Program-made: the position numbers and the translations under genes | Part shown: positions 15,672-24,591 of the stretch, piece after piece | Layout: every line of letters starts with the position of its first letter | Position numbering within the stretch: the first letter of the stretch is position 1 | Notes under the pieces: model-generated | Told to the model about the DNA's origin: nothing | The model's input: only the letters and a program-made list of their open reading frames with translations | The model's database searches: none | Assembly: GCA_046533775.1 (NCBI GenBank) | Contig: JAWDOO010000003.1 | Span: 1-32,000 of the forward strand | DNA: 32,000 bases | DNA from: Candidatus Nanopusillus sp. | Lineage (GTDB): Archaea > Nanobdellota > Nanobdellia > Nanobdellales > Nanobdellaceae | Reading direction: 5' to 3'

Positions 15672-18092
15672 ATGAAAATATTTGTATTAGATTTTGATCA
15701 TGATAAAGAAAAAATTTATATTTATGGAAGGGATGAAAATGGAAAAAAGGTAAGAATAGAATATGATCAACCATTTTATGTATATTTAATATTAAAAGAT
15801 GAAAAATATTTAGAAGAAATAAAGAATAAATTGAAAGATGAAAAATATGTAAAAAATTTTGAAATTTTAAAGAAAAATTATATTGGAAAAGAATATACTG
15901 TAATAAAAGTTTATTTGAATCAAGATGATTATGATAAAATAAAAAACTTTGCTGATAAATTAAAAGAAGAAGGAAAAATAATTGGAAAAAAAGAAGGAGA
16001 TATTGGTATAATAAAAAAGTTTCAAATAGATAATGATATATATCCATTACATACATATGATTTGGAATTAGAATTAATAAAAAAAGGGGATAATATAGAT
16101 TATTACAAATTAAAGAAAAATAACGGGATTGTTGAAAATAAATATAAATTAAAGGTTATATCATTTGATATAGAAACAGCCTCTAATAAATCTATAATAT
16201 CACCAGAAAAGGCATATATTTATATTATTTCAATATATGATGGGGAAAAATATTATTCAATATATTGGGGAGGGGAAGCAAATGAAGGAATAAAAGTAAA
16301 TAGCGAATTAGAGTTATTAAAAAAATTTAATGAAATAGTTAAAAGTTTAGATCCAGATGTAATTGTTGGATATAATTCTAATAATTTTGATTTATATTTT
16401 TTATATGAGAAAGCAAAAAAATTGGGATTTAATTTTGATTTCGGATGGGATGGAAAAGGAATAATATATACTAAAAAAAGAGAAGAAGATAAAAAATATA
16501 GAATAGTTGGGATACAAAATGTTGATTTATATGATATTGTTACAACAATATTTGCACCTCAATTAAATTCTGAAACATATTCTTTAGATGAAGTTGCTAT
16601 GGAAATATTAGGAGAAGGAAAATTGGATATGAATTTGGATAAAATGTCAGATATAATTTATAATAAAAAAGATTTTAATTATCTAATAAAATATAATAGA
16701 AAAGATGTAGAATTAACATATAGATTATATAAACATTTTGAAGGAATTTTATTGGAATTGGCAAGATTGGTTGGAATTACTTTATATGAATTATCTGGAA
16801 GTACATATGGAATTCTTGTAGAAAATTATCTAATAAAAAGGGCAAAAGAATTTAATGAAATAATACCAAATAGACCTGATCCAAATGAAGTAAATAATAG
16901 AAAAAGAGTAACATACACTGGTGCTATTGTACTAGAACCAAAACCAGGTTTGTATAAAAATATTGCAGTTTTTGATTTTAGATCTCTATATCCATCAATA
17001 ATAATTAGATATAATATCTCTCCAGATACTTTAAAATGTGAACATGAGGAATGTATGAAGGATAAAATAATTATTGAAACAAGTTTGGGAAAATCTGAAG
17101 TATGGTTCTGTAAAAAGAAAAAAGGATTTATATCCATAGTATTAGAAAAAGTATTTGAAGAAAGGGCAAACTTAAAGAAAGCTTTAAAAAGTTTAGATAA
17201 GAATTCTGAGGAATATAAAATAATTGATAGTAGACAGACAGCATTAAAATATATAATAAATTCTACATATGGTTATTTAGGCTTTCCAAATTCTAGATGG
17301 TATTGTTTAGAATGTGCAGCTTCAGTAACTGCTCTAGGTAGAAAACATATACTAGAAGTAAAAGATTTTATTGAAAAAAGCGGATATAAAATATTATATG
17401 GAGATACTGATTCTATATTTGTTATTGTAGATAATAAAGAAAATGCTCTAAATTTATTAAATAAAGTAAATAGTATTTTACCTAAACCATTGGAAATGGA
17501 ATTTGAAGATTATTATATATCAGGAATATTTGTGGAAAAAAGATCTGGAGAAGGTGGTGCCAGAAAAAAATATGCATTATTATCTGAAAATGGAAATATT
17601 AAATTGAGAGGTTTTGAGGTTGTTAGAAGAGATTGGTCAGAAATTGCTGGAGAGGTTCAGGAAAAAGTAATTAGGTTAGCGCTAGAAGGGAAAATAAAAG
17701 AAATAAATGATTATTTGTCAGAAGTTATTAAAAATATAAGAAATCATGTTTATCCTAAAGAGAAATTTATATTAAGAGAACAATTAAGAAAAGATCCATC
17801 AGAATATGAAGTTACTGCTCCGCATATTATAGCAGCAAAGAAATATAAAGAAAGAGGTTATGATGTTAGAAGAGGATTTATAGTTGAATATATTATAGTA
17901 AAAGGTGGGGAAAAAATTTCTGATAAAGTTAGAATATTAGATGAAGTTAAGGACAATGAATATGATCCAGAATATTATATATATAAACAGGTACTACCTG
18001 CTATAGAGCCAATATTAAAAGCATTAAATATATCTATAGAGAATATAGGAAAAGCTCAAAAAGATATATTATCATTTTTTAAAAATGGATGA
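15672..18092 (+). CDS. polB: DNA polymerase, family B (uninterrupted)
   Basis: 806 aa. Exo I is 'ISFDIETAS', Exo II is 'GYNSNNFDLYFL', Pol A is 'FDFRSLYPSIII', Pol B is 'KYIINSTYGYLG' and Pol C is 'LYGDTDSIFV'. Confidence 0.97.
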   Translation: MKIFVLDFDHDKEKIYIYGRDENGKKVRIEYDQPFYVYLILKDEKYLEEIKNKLKDEKYVKNFEILKKNYIGKEYTVIKVYLNQDDYDKIKNFADKLKEEGKIIGKKEGDIGIIKKFQIDNDIYPLHTYDLELELIKKGDNIDYYKLKKNNGIVENKYKLKVISFDIETASNKSIISPEKAYIYIISIYDGEKYYSIYWGGEANEGIKVNSELELLKKFNEIVKSLDPDVIVGYNSNNFDLYFLYEKAKKLGFNFDFGWDGKGIIYTKKREEDKKYRIVGIQNVDLYDIVTTIFAPQLNSETYSLDEVAMEILGEGKLDMNLDKMSDIIYNKKDFNYLIKYNRKDVELTYRLYKHFEGILLELARLVGITLYELSGSTYGILVENYLIKRAKEFNEIIPNRPDPNEVNNRKRVTYTGAIVLEPKPGLYKNIAVFDFRSLYPSIIIRYNISPDTLKCEHEECMKDKIIIETSLGKSEVWFCKKKKGFISIVLEKVFEERANLKKALKSLDKNSEEYKIIDSRQTALKYIINSTYGYLGFPNSRWYCLECAASVTALGRKHILEVKDFIEKSGYKILYGDTDSIFVIVDNKENALNLLNKVNSILPKPLEMEFEDYYISGIFVEKRSGEGGARKKYALLSENGNIKLRGFEVVRRDWSEIAGEVQEKVIRLALEGKIKEINDYLSEVIKNIRNHVYPKEKFILREQLRKDPSEYEVTAPHIIAAKKYKERGYDVRRGFIVEYIIVKGGEKISDKVRILDEVKDNEYDPEYYIYKQVLPAIEPILKALNISIENIGKAQKDILSFFKNG

Positions 18093-18405
18093 AATAAATG
18101 AATATGAAAAAATAATAGAAGATCTAGAAAATAAAATTAAGGATTTAAAAGAAGAATTAGAAAAAAATAAGAAAATAAAAGATGAAATCTATGATAAATA
18201 TTTAAAATTAAAAAATATTTTTGATAAAAATAATGAATACAATAAATTATTAGATGAATTAAAAATAATTTTACTAGAAATAAACTTGAAATTCAAAGAC
18301 ATAGATGATATTAAAAAAAGGTTATATAATTTAGAATTAAAATATGATATGATAAAGAAAGAAATTGATGACATAAGAAAAGAATTATTAAAAAGTATTT
18401 GGTAA
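18085..18405 (+). CDS. Coiled-coil protein (106 aa), unknown function
   Basis: The product is K/E/I/L/N-rich with heptad-like periodicity throughout. The start overlaps the polB stop (ATGGATGA, 8 nt). Confidence 0.5.
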   Translation: MDEINEYEKIIEDLENKIKDLKEELEKNKKIKDEIYDKYLKLKNIFDKNNEYNKLLDELKIILLEINLKFKDIDDIKKRLYNLELKYDMIKKEIDDIRKELLKSIW

Positions 18406-18437
18406 GTTTAATAAAATTTATTATAAATAAATAGTTT

Positions 18438-19589
18438 ATGGATTTAAATAAAGATGTAGATATGATTGATGAATTTTTTTCATATGTAAAAAATTTTAAC
18501 AATAGAATATCTGAAATAAAAAGAAACTTAAATAATTTTGTAAGTAGGGAAGAATTCAATAATCAATTAAAATCTTTGAAAGAAGAATTAGAAAATATAG
18601 AAAAAATATTAAATAATTATAAGGAAATATTAAATGAAGATTTATTGGATAAAGTAAGATATTTAAGCGATTTAAAACTAAAAGTAGATGTATTAGAAAA
18701 TAATCAGAAAAATTTTGTTGATTATTCTGCTATAGTAAATGTAAAATCAAAAATAAATAAATTAGAGCTTGATATAAATTCTTTAAGTAATAAAGTAACA
18801 AAATATGAAGATGTTATAAATAGTGTAAAAGATTTAAGAAATAAAATAGAAGATTTAACTGATAAGTTAAATAAAATAGGGGATTCATATACAAATATCA
18901 ATGATTTTAATGATTTAAAACTAAAAGTAGATAATTTAACAAATTTATTATCTAAAACAATAGATAATCTATCTAAAGATTTATTAAATTATAATAAAAT
19001 ATCTGAAATGATAAGTGAGATAAAAGAAAAAGATCTATATAATGTTAATAGTAAATTGGAAGAGATAGAAAAGAAATATGAAGAAAAATATTCTGAAATT
19101 AATAATAAAATAAGTAATATGAATTACTTATTACAATTAACAAATGATGATATTAAAAATATAAAACAATTTAAAGCTTATGAAGAATTATATAACAAAT
19201 ATATAAACTTCGAAAATAGGCTAAATAGTATATATGCATTATTTGAAGAATTAAATAATTTGGTTGTAGATTTAAGATCGAAAGTAAATGAAATGGATAA
19301 AATTGAAGAGATTAATGAAAAATATAATAAATTGGAGGAAGGTATAAATAATATTAAAGAGGAAATGAGCAAGATAAAAGAAGAATTATATGATTCTAAG
19401 GATATATTAGAATCTGTATTATCGGATTATGAAAATTTAATGAATAAAATAAAGAAAATAGAAAATTTTATTGATTTGGCAAATTTCGAATATATAATAA
19501 ACGAAATAGAAAAAATAAAGATAATAGAGAATGATATAGAGAATATAAAGAGATTATTATTATCTAAAAATATAAAAGTGGAAGAGTAA
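18438..19589 (+). CDS. Long coiled-coil protein (383 aa) with internal duplication, unknown function
   Basis: The product is predicted almost entirely alpha-helical coiled coil. The motif '(S/N)DLKLKVD.L.N' occurs twice. An identical 21-mer, gatttaaaactaaaagtagat, occurs at 18669..18689 and 18912..18932, which is 243 nt (81 codons) apart and in frame. Confidence 0.62.
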   Translation: MDLNKDVDMIDEFFSYVKNFNNRISEIKRNLNNFVSREEFNNQLKSLKEELENIEKILNNYKEILNEDLLDKVRYLSDLKLKVDVLENNQKNFVDYSAIVNVKSKINKLELDINSLSNKVTKYEDVINSVKDLRNKIEDLTDKLNKIGDSYTNINDFNDLKLKVDNLTNLLSKTIDNLSKDLLNYNKISEMISEIKEKDLYNVNSKLEEIEKKYEEKYSEINNKISNMNYLLQLTNDDIKNIKQFKAYEELYNKYINFENRLNSIYALFEELNNLVVDLRSKVNEMDKIEEINEKYNKLEEGINNIKEEMSKIKEELYDSKDILESVLSDYENLMNKIKKIENFIDLANFEYIINEIEKIKIIENDIENIKRLLLSKNIKVEE

Positions 19590-19597
19590 TATAAATA

Positions 19598-19954
19598 CTA
19601 ATAGATTTTTTTAATTTTATTTATTATATTTGTAAGCCTGCTTATTATATTATATAATTTTATTAATTTTTCTTTTTCTATATTTTTCTGGTCTAATCCT
19701 TTTTCTATATCTAAGTAATCTAATACTTTATCAGATTTAACAATATATAATTCATCAAAGAAATTTCTTTCCTCCAATTCTTTTAACATTGATATAAATT
19801 TTAATGATTCATTAAGATTGTTTAAATCTATTTCTTTTTTTAATACTAAAGTTATCTTTCCATTTCCTGATTTTTCTAATTTTTTAATTTTATTATTAAT
19901 CTGTAATATTTTCCTTCTCTTAGCATATTCTGGAGATGGTATTATTAATGGCAT
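19598..19954 (-). CDS. Hypothetical protein (118 aa)
   Basis: It is the only long ORF in this interval and is lysine-rich. No motif was recognised. Confidence 0.4.
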   Translation of the reverse strand: MPLIIPSPEYAKRRKILQINNKIKKLEKSGNGKITLVLKKEIDLNNLNESLKFISMLKELEERNFFDELYIVKSDKVLDYLDIEKGLDQKNIEKEKLIKLYNIISRLTNIINKIKKIY

Positions 19955-19984
19955 AATAAATATTAATATATAGAAATTTAAAAA

Positions 19985-20034
19985 TCAGTAGCTACTCCTT
20001 TCATCATTAATTCAGATTGTGTCCACATCATCAT
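19985..20034 (-). ncRNA. C/D box sRNA (2'-O-methylation guide), canonical dual-guide architecture
   Basis: The minus strand reads ATGATGA-TGTGGACACAAT-CTGA-ATTA-ATGATGA-AAGGAGTAGCTA-CTGA followed by TTTTT. The parts are C box (20028..20034), 12-nt guide, D' (20012..20015), 4-nt spacer, C' (20001..20007), 12-nt guide and D (19985..19988). It is intergenic, and the guides are more GC-rich than their surroundings. Confidence 0.8.
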
Positions 20035-20071
20035 AATAATTATTTATAAGAATTGTATTTTTATTTTTTAT

Positions 20072-21055
20072 ATGAATGAAATACTCCCTTTATTGATATT
20101 TGACATAATAATATTATTATATTCATCATATCAGGATATAAAATATAAATCTGTAGATGATATAATAATATATATTTTATTAATATTTAATGTATTCTAT
20201 TTTTTATACTTAATTATTCAAAATATTTATCCAGAGAACCTTATATTTTCATATCTTATTCTTTTATTTTTTGTATTATTATATTTATTTAGATTATTAG
20301 CTATTGGAGATTTGTTTATTTTCTTTTCAATATTCTTTCTATTATCATTCTTTTCTCTATATAAGATGTTATTATTTTTATTTTATCTAATATTATTTGG
20401 GTTTATATTTCACAATATAGAAGCTATTAAAATATATAAAGAAAATAGAAAAAAATATTATATTTCCATCATTAATATTACCTTAATATTGATCTCTATA
20501 TATTTTATCAACCTTTTCTTCTTATATTTTAACATTTATTATCTATTAATTTCTCTAATTTTTTTATATATACCATATTTTCTATTTAGATATATATCAA
20601 AAGATCTTGAAGAAAAACTTACATTTATAAGAAATGTAAATGAATTAGTTGAGGGAGATTGGATAGAAGATAGAATAGAAGTTAATAATATAAAGAAGGA
20701 AGATAAAGAAATATTGATAAAATATTTTGATATTTATGAAAATGAAAATAATTATATGTTAAAATTTAAGATAAATAATAAATTAATAAATTCTATTATT
20801 ATCTTATTTATTGTAATTCTACCATTAATATTTTATTTTTTAAATGAAATTTTCTTTTATTATTCTATACCATTTATTATAATATTCTATCATATATTTC
20901 AGAATAAATTATTTATTGGAAGATTTGGTCTTTCAAAAGAAGAAATAAATATATTAAAAAAATTGGGAGAATATAATGATATAAAAGTAAAAGTAAAGGA
21001 AGGGGCACCATTTATTCCTCCAATATTTCTTTCTTTAATATTATTATTAATATGA
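20072..21055 (+). CDS. Type IV prepilin/preflagellin peptidase-like membrane aspartyl protease (A24 family, FlaK/PibD-like)
   Basis: 327 aa and polytopic. The first Asp sits in 'SSYQD22IKYKSVDD' (compare FlaK 'SVQDFRSREIED'). The second sits in 'LLAIGD80LFIF' (compare the GxGD motif), with Asp spacing close to FlaK D18/D79. The C-terminal 'PFIPPIFLSL' resembles the FlaK 'PQIPLIIPI' end. TTTATAA at 20043..20049 lies ~26 nt before the ATG, which would fit a leaderless mRNA. Confidence 0.62.
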   Translation: MNEILPLLIFDIIILLYSSYQDIKYKSVDDIIIYILLIFNVFYFLYLIIQNIYPENLIFSYLILLFFVLLYLFRLLAIGDLFIFFSIFFLLSFFSLYKMLLFLFYLILFGFIFHNIEAIKIYKENRKKYYISIINITLILISIYFINLFFLYFNIYYLLISLIFLYIPYFLFRYISKDLEEKLTFIRNVNELVEGDWIEDRIEVNNIKKEDKEILIKYFDIYENENNYMLKFKINNKLINSIIILFIVILPLIFYFLNEIFFYYSIPFIIIFYHIFQNKLFIGRFGLSKEEINILKKLGEYNDIKVKVKEGAPFIPPIFLSLILLLI

Positions 21056-22068
21056 AATATGAAATAATAGATAAGAAAACAATAAAAATTAGGGTAGAAG
21101 ATGATATAGATTTATTATATTTGTATAAAATAGTTAATGTAGGGGATATAATAGAAGGATATGATTATAGAACATTAAAATTTGAGAATGAGAAAGAAAA
21201 GAAAAAAATAAAGATAAAAATAGAGGTTGAAAATATTAAATTTTCCGAATATAAAGATTCACTAAGGATTTCTGGAAAAATAATTGATTCAAATGATAAA
21301 GATTCTATTGGCCATTATCATACATTTGATATAAGAATATCTACAGAATTTACATTATATAAAAAGGAAGAAATAAAGAAATATGAGGAAAAGATATTGG
21401 AAAAATCTTCTAGAAAAAAGGAGGATATTTTTGTAATATCTATAGATAGTAATGAAATAGCTTTGGGTATAATAAATAGTGGGATAAAAATTATAAAGGA
21501 AGAATATTATAAGATAAATAAGGGAGATCCAGAAGAAAAAGCAAAATTATATAAAATATTTTCAGAATTTTTAAATACATTAAGAAATTATAATATTAAA
21601 TTTCTATGCATAATTGGTCCATTATTTTATCCTGAAGAATTTTATGATTATATAAAGGATAAATTAAATATAAAAAATATAAAAATATATAAAGTGTCTA
21701 ATGGGGGTATAAATGGCATATATGAATTTATTAGGAGAACTGAATATTATGAAACATTAAAAAATTTAGAAATTTTGGAAATAAATAAATTAATTGAAGA
21801 AATATTATATTTAATGCAAAAAAACATGGTAGCATTTGGATATGATGAAGTATATAATAATGCAATGTATAATAATATAGAATATGTTTTAGTTTCTGAA
21901 GAATGCTTTAAAAAAATGAAAGAAGAAAACAATATTGATAAAATTATAAATTTATTTAATATTCTTGATAAAATAGATGCAGAAATATATTTTGTAAATA
22001 ATAATGTTAATAATTTTGAATTAATTGATAGATTTTGTATTGTTGGAAAATTAAGGTATAAAATATAA
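21052..22068 (+). CDS. pelA: Pelota (Dom34) mRNA surveillance / ribosome rescue factor
   Basis: 338 aa. The N-terminal region 'IKIRVEDDIDLLYLYKIVNVGDIIEGYDYR...IKIEVENIKFSEYKDSLRISGKII...IGHYHTFDI' follows the Pelota pattern (pE..DDLW.LYn.i..GD.v...T.R...i.veF....LRi.G.i...G.yHT). The start overlaps the upstream stop (ATGA). Confidence 0.88.
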   Translation: MKYEIIDKKTIKIRVEDDIDLLYLYKIVNVGDIIEGYDYRTLKFENEKEKKKIKIKIEVENIKFSEYKDSLRISGKIIDSNDKDSIGHYHTFDIRISTEFTLYKKEEIKKYEEKILEKSSRKKEDIFVISIDSNEIALGIINSGIKIIKEEYYKINKGDPEEKAKLYKIFSEFLNTLRNYNIKFLCIIGPLFYPEEFYDYIKDKLNIKNIKIYKVSNGGINGIYEFIRRTEYYETLKNLEILEINKLIEEILYLMQKNMVAFGYDEVYNNAMYNNIEYVLVSEECFKKMKEENNIDKIINLFNILDKIDAEIYFVNNNVNNFELIDRFCIVGKLRYKI

Positions 22069-22093
22069 ATATTAAGGAATATCTTATTAAAAT

Positions 22094-23146
22094 ATGAAAA
22101 AATTGCAAACAACAGGTTTGGGTATATTTTTCATATTACTTGGTATAGTAATTTTTGTATATTGGGTAATTCTTCCATATCAATATAAACAATATTTAAT
22201 ACAACAATTGATTAATGGAACTAATATAACATTATATTTTCCTTCAAATATTTCAAATATAAGTATAAGTAATCAATATGTTTTTCAAAATATACAATTA
22301 TCAACAAGCCAAAATTATTATTATATAGCAAGTAATTATACAATAGGAAGCTATATTCCAGTATATTATATTAATTTAGGAACTTTAAATTTTGAAACAA
22401 ACATATTTTATGGAACAGTTAGTAAGAGCTTATATTTTTATTATTCTAATGATTATAATGGAATAAATATTACTGCTTATTCTACATGTAATAATGGAAA
22501 CTTTAATATATATGTAAATAATTACGAATTATATTCTGGATGTCAAAATGGTGAAATAAGTATTTTTGTCCCTTCAAATTATCTATATAATGGAGATAAT
22601 GAGTTAAAAATAGTATTTTCTCCGTCAAGTATAATATTTAATGGGAATGGTATATTGAATAATATAAATATAAATTATCTAAAGTTTTCATCATTAAATT
22701 TTAGTTATTATTATATATCTGGAGATGTATATATGTTTTATGATTTTTGTCCATATTCTCCTCAAAATGTAGAATTAATTGTAAATGGATTATCAATTCC
22801 ATTATCTTCATGTTCTAATTTATTTTACTTAACTCCATATTTAAATGTTGGAGAAAATATAATTAGTCTAATATCATCATATCCAGTTAATATAAATAAT
22901 CTATATATAGAATCAAATAGTAACATATTTTATATAGCATTTCCAAATAATTTAACAAATTATATATTAGATATTATAGTTGGTCAAGGATCTGGAGAAG
23001 TTATACTAAATAATAATTGCATATATAATATAAGTTCTTCTGTTGGGGCTTATGCAATAAATATATACAATTGTTTATTGCCAGAGAATATATTAGAAAT
23101 AAAGACAGATAATTATCTTAAGATAGATTATTTACAAATATCTTAA
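22094..23146 (+). CDS. Extracellular/membrane-anchored N,S,T,Y-rich protein with many N-glycosylation sequons
   Basis: 350 aa. The N-terminus 'MKKLQTTGLGIFFILLGIVIFVYWV' is charged, then Gly, then a hydrophobic helix. At least 8 N-x-S/T sequons are visible by eye (NGT, NIT, NIS x3, NYT, NFS, NLT). There are 8 Cys in four closely spaced pairs. Confidence 0.62.
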   Translation: MKKLQTTGLGIFFILLGIVIFVYWVILPYQYKQYLIQQLINGTNITLYFPSNISNISISNQYVFQNIQLSTSQNYYYIASNYTIGSYIPVYYINLGTLNFETNIFYGTVSKSLYFYYSNDYNGINITAYSTCNNGNFNIYVNNYELYSGCQNGEISIFVPSNYLYNGDNELKIVFSPSSIIFNGNGILNNININYLKFSSLNFSYYYISGDVYMFYDFCPYSPQNVELIVNGLSIPLSSCSNLFYLTPYLNVGENIISLISSYPVNINNLYIESNSNIFYIAFPNNLTNYILDIIVGQGSGEVILNNNCIYNISSSVGAYAINIYNCLLPENILEIKTDNYLKIDYLQIS

Positions 23147-23256
23147 AATTTATAAATAAAGAAATCTTATAAATATATAAAAATTTTATTTTGTATATGA
23201 TTGATAAGCAATCTAAACAGAATATTAATCAACAAAATTCTATTATTACCTTAAAA

Positions 23257-23529
23257 ATGCAGAAAAATAGAGGATCCTCTAGTGGTGGATTAATATTTTT
23301 ATTAATTTTAATAATTCTGGTAGTAGTTGGTTATTTATATCATAATCAAATCATTGGATATTTAGAAAATAATAAGATATTTCAAACTGTCAAAAATAGT
23401 ACAACTCAATTTATCAATGAAAGTCAACAAGCTTATAATATTGTTCAAAATTCATTAAATGGAAATATTAACAACTTAAATAATATACACACATCTAGTA
23501 ATCAAAATAATACAAATACTTCAAGTTAA
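23257..23529 (+). CDS. Small protein with candidate class III (type IV pilin-like) signal peptide
   Basis: The track gives 23191..23529 from a TTG start. From the internal ATG at 23257 the product begins 'MQKNRG/SSSGGLIFLLILIILVVVGYLY'. That is short basic residues, then Arg-Gly, then a hydrophobic helix, like PibD/FlaK substrates. The tail is N/Q/S-rich. The choice of start is uncertain. Confidence 0.42.
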   Translation: MQKNRGSSSGGLIFLLILIILVVVGYLYHNQIIGYLENNKIFQTVKNSTTQFINESQQAYNIVQNSLNGNINNLNNIHTSSNQNNTNTSS

Positions 23530-23572
23530 TATTATCATAAAATTTTTAATTAATAAAGTAAATATATATTTA

Positions 23573-24547
23573 ATGAAGTCTGGAAAATTTATATATATGC
23601 TACCAATATTATTTGCAGGTACTACTCTATTTTATTTTTCTACATGTCCAATTGGTAATATTGGATTTGGAAATTTTGGATTCTTTAATAGTGGAAATTC
23701 TAATTTATATCAACCCCCATGGGCATTAAATCAACCTGGAAATATATATTTATATATTCAAGCTCCGTCCTCATTAAATTATAGCGAATCAAATGGTTTA
23801 GATTATGAATTACCTGTTATTTATGTTAATAATATTTATACAATGTCAAATTCTCAACTGGAAGTTTCATATTATGTTTATAGTTATGCTTTATCTTCTT
23901 CTTACTCAGGTAACTTTAATGCAGAACCGGCAATTTATAATTCTTCTTCTAACCAACTTGTTCCTTCAAACTCTACAGTTGGAAATATAGAAGTTTCTCT
24001 GAGTCCAGGCCTTCAAGTAGTGCCTACTCAAATACCAATAGTTGTAGAATATAATATATCAAATGTTGTTACAAATGTGTTAATACCATTACAATTAAAT
24101 TATTCTAATAGTCAGATAACATTAAGTGAACCTGTATATTATTCATCATCTCCAATAACACCAGCATATTCTAATATTAATGTGAATGAAATTAATGGAA
24201 ATATATATTTTTCAATAGCTTTCCAAGATTCTGTTGGATGCTTCAGTAATGTATATTCCAATAATCAAGCTACTTTTAATGTAAATGCCGAATTAGATAT
24301 TATTGCAGCAAATCAAATAAATATACAAAATGGAGAAGAAGGTTTCTCATGTACACCGACACAAGATGTTTCAATAAATTCATCTACGATATCATGTAGT
24401 ATAAATATTCAACAATTATCTCAAAATGATCCAGAAATTCAAAGTCTATTAAATTCAAATTTAGGATTACAAGCATATGTTTTAATGAATCTTTCATATA
24501 ATTGTTATGAAAAAGATATATATAATATTCCAGTAACAAAAACCTAG
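23573..24547 (+). CDS. Extracellular N,S,T,Y-rich protein with N-terminal signal/anchor and many sequons
   Basis: 324 aa. The N-terminus is 'MKSGKFIYMLPILFAGTTLFYFSTC'. Sequons include NYS, NSS, NST, NIS and NLS. There are 5 Cys, and the composition resembles archaeal surface glycoproteins. Confidence 0.62.
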   Translation: MKSGKFIYMLPILFAGTTLFYFSTCPIGNIGFGNFGFFNSGNSNLYQPPWALNQPGNIYLYIQAPSSLNYSESNGLDYELPVIYVNNIYTMSNSQLEVSYYVYSYALSSSYSGNFNAEPAIYNSSSNQLVPSNSTVGNIEVSLSPGLQVVPTQIPIVVEYNISNVVTNVLIPLQLNYSNSQITLSEPVYYSSSPITPAYSNINVNEINGNIYFSIAFQDSVGCFSNVYSNNQATFNVNAELDIIAANQINIQNGEEGFSCTPTQDVSINSSTISCSINIQQLSQNDPEIQSLLNSNLGLQAYVLMNLSYNCYEKDIYNIPVTKT

Positions 24548-24591
24548 AGTAGTATATAAATTTAATAAGTATTTTTAATATATTTTAAAAA

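Noticed and set aside
23191-23256. TTG start at 23191 for the 112-aa ORF
   Set aside because: It is possible but unsupported. An ATG at 23197 and, more attractively, the ATG at 23257 give a product starting with a short basic segment, Arg-Gly and a hydrophobic helix. I report the 23257 start with low confidence rather than the TTG.
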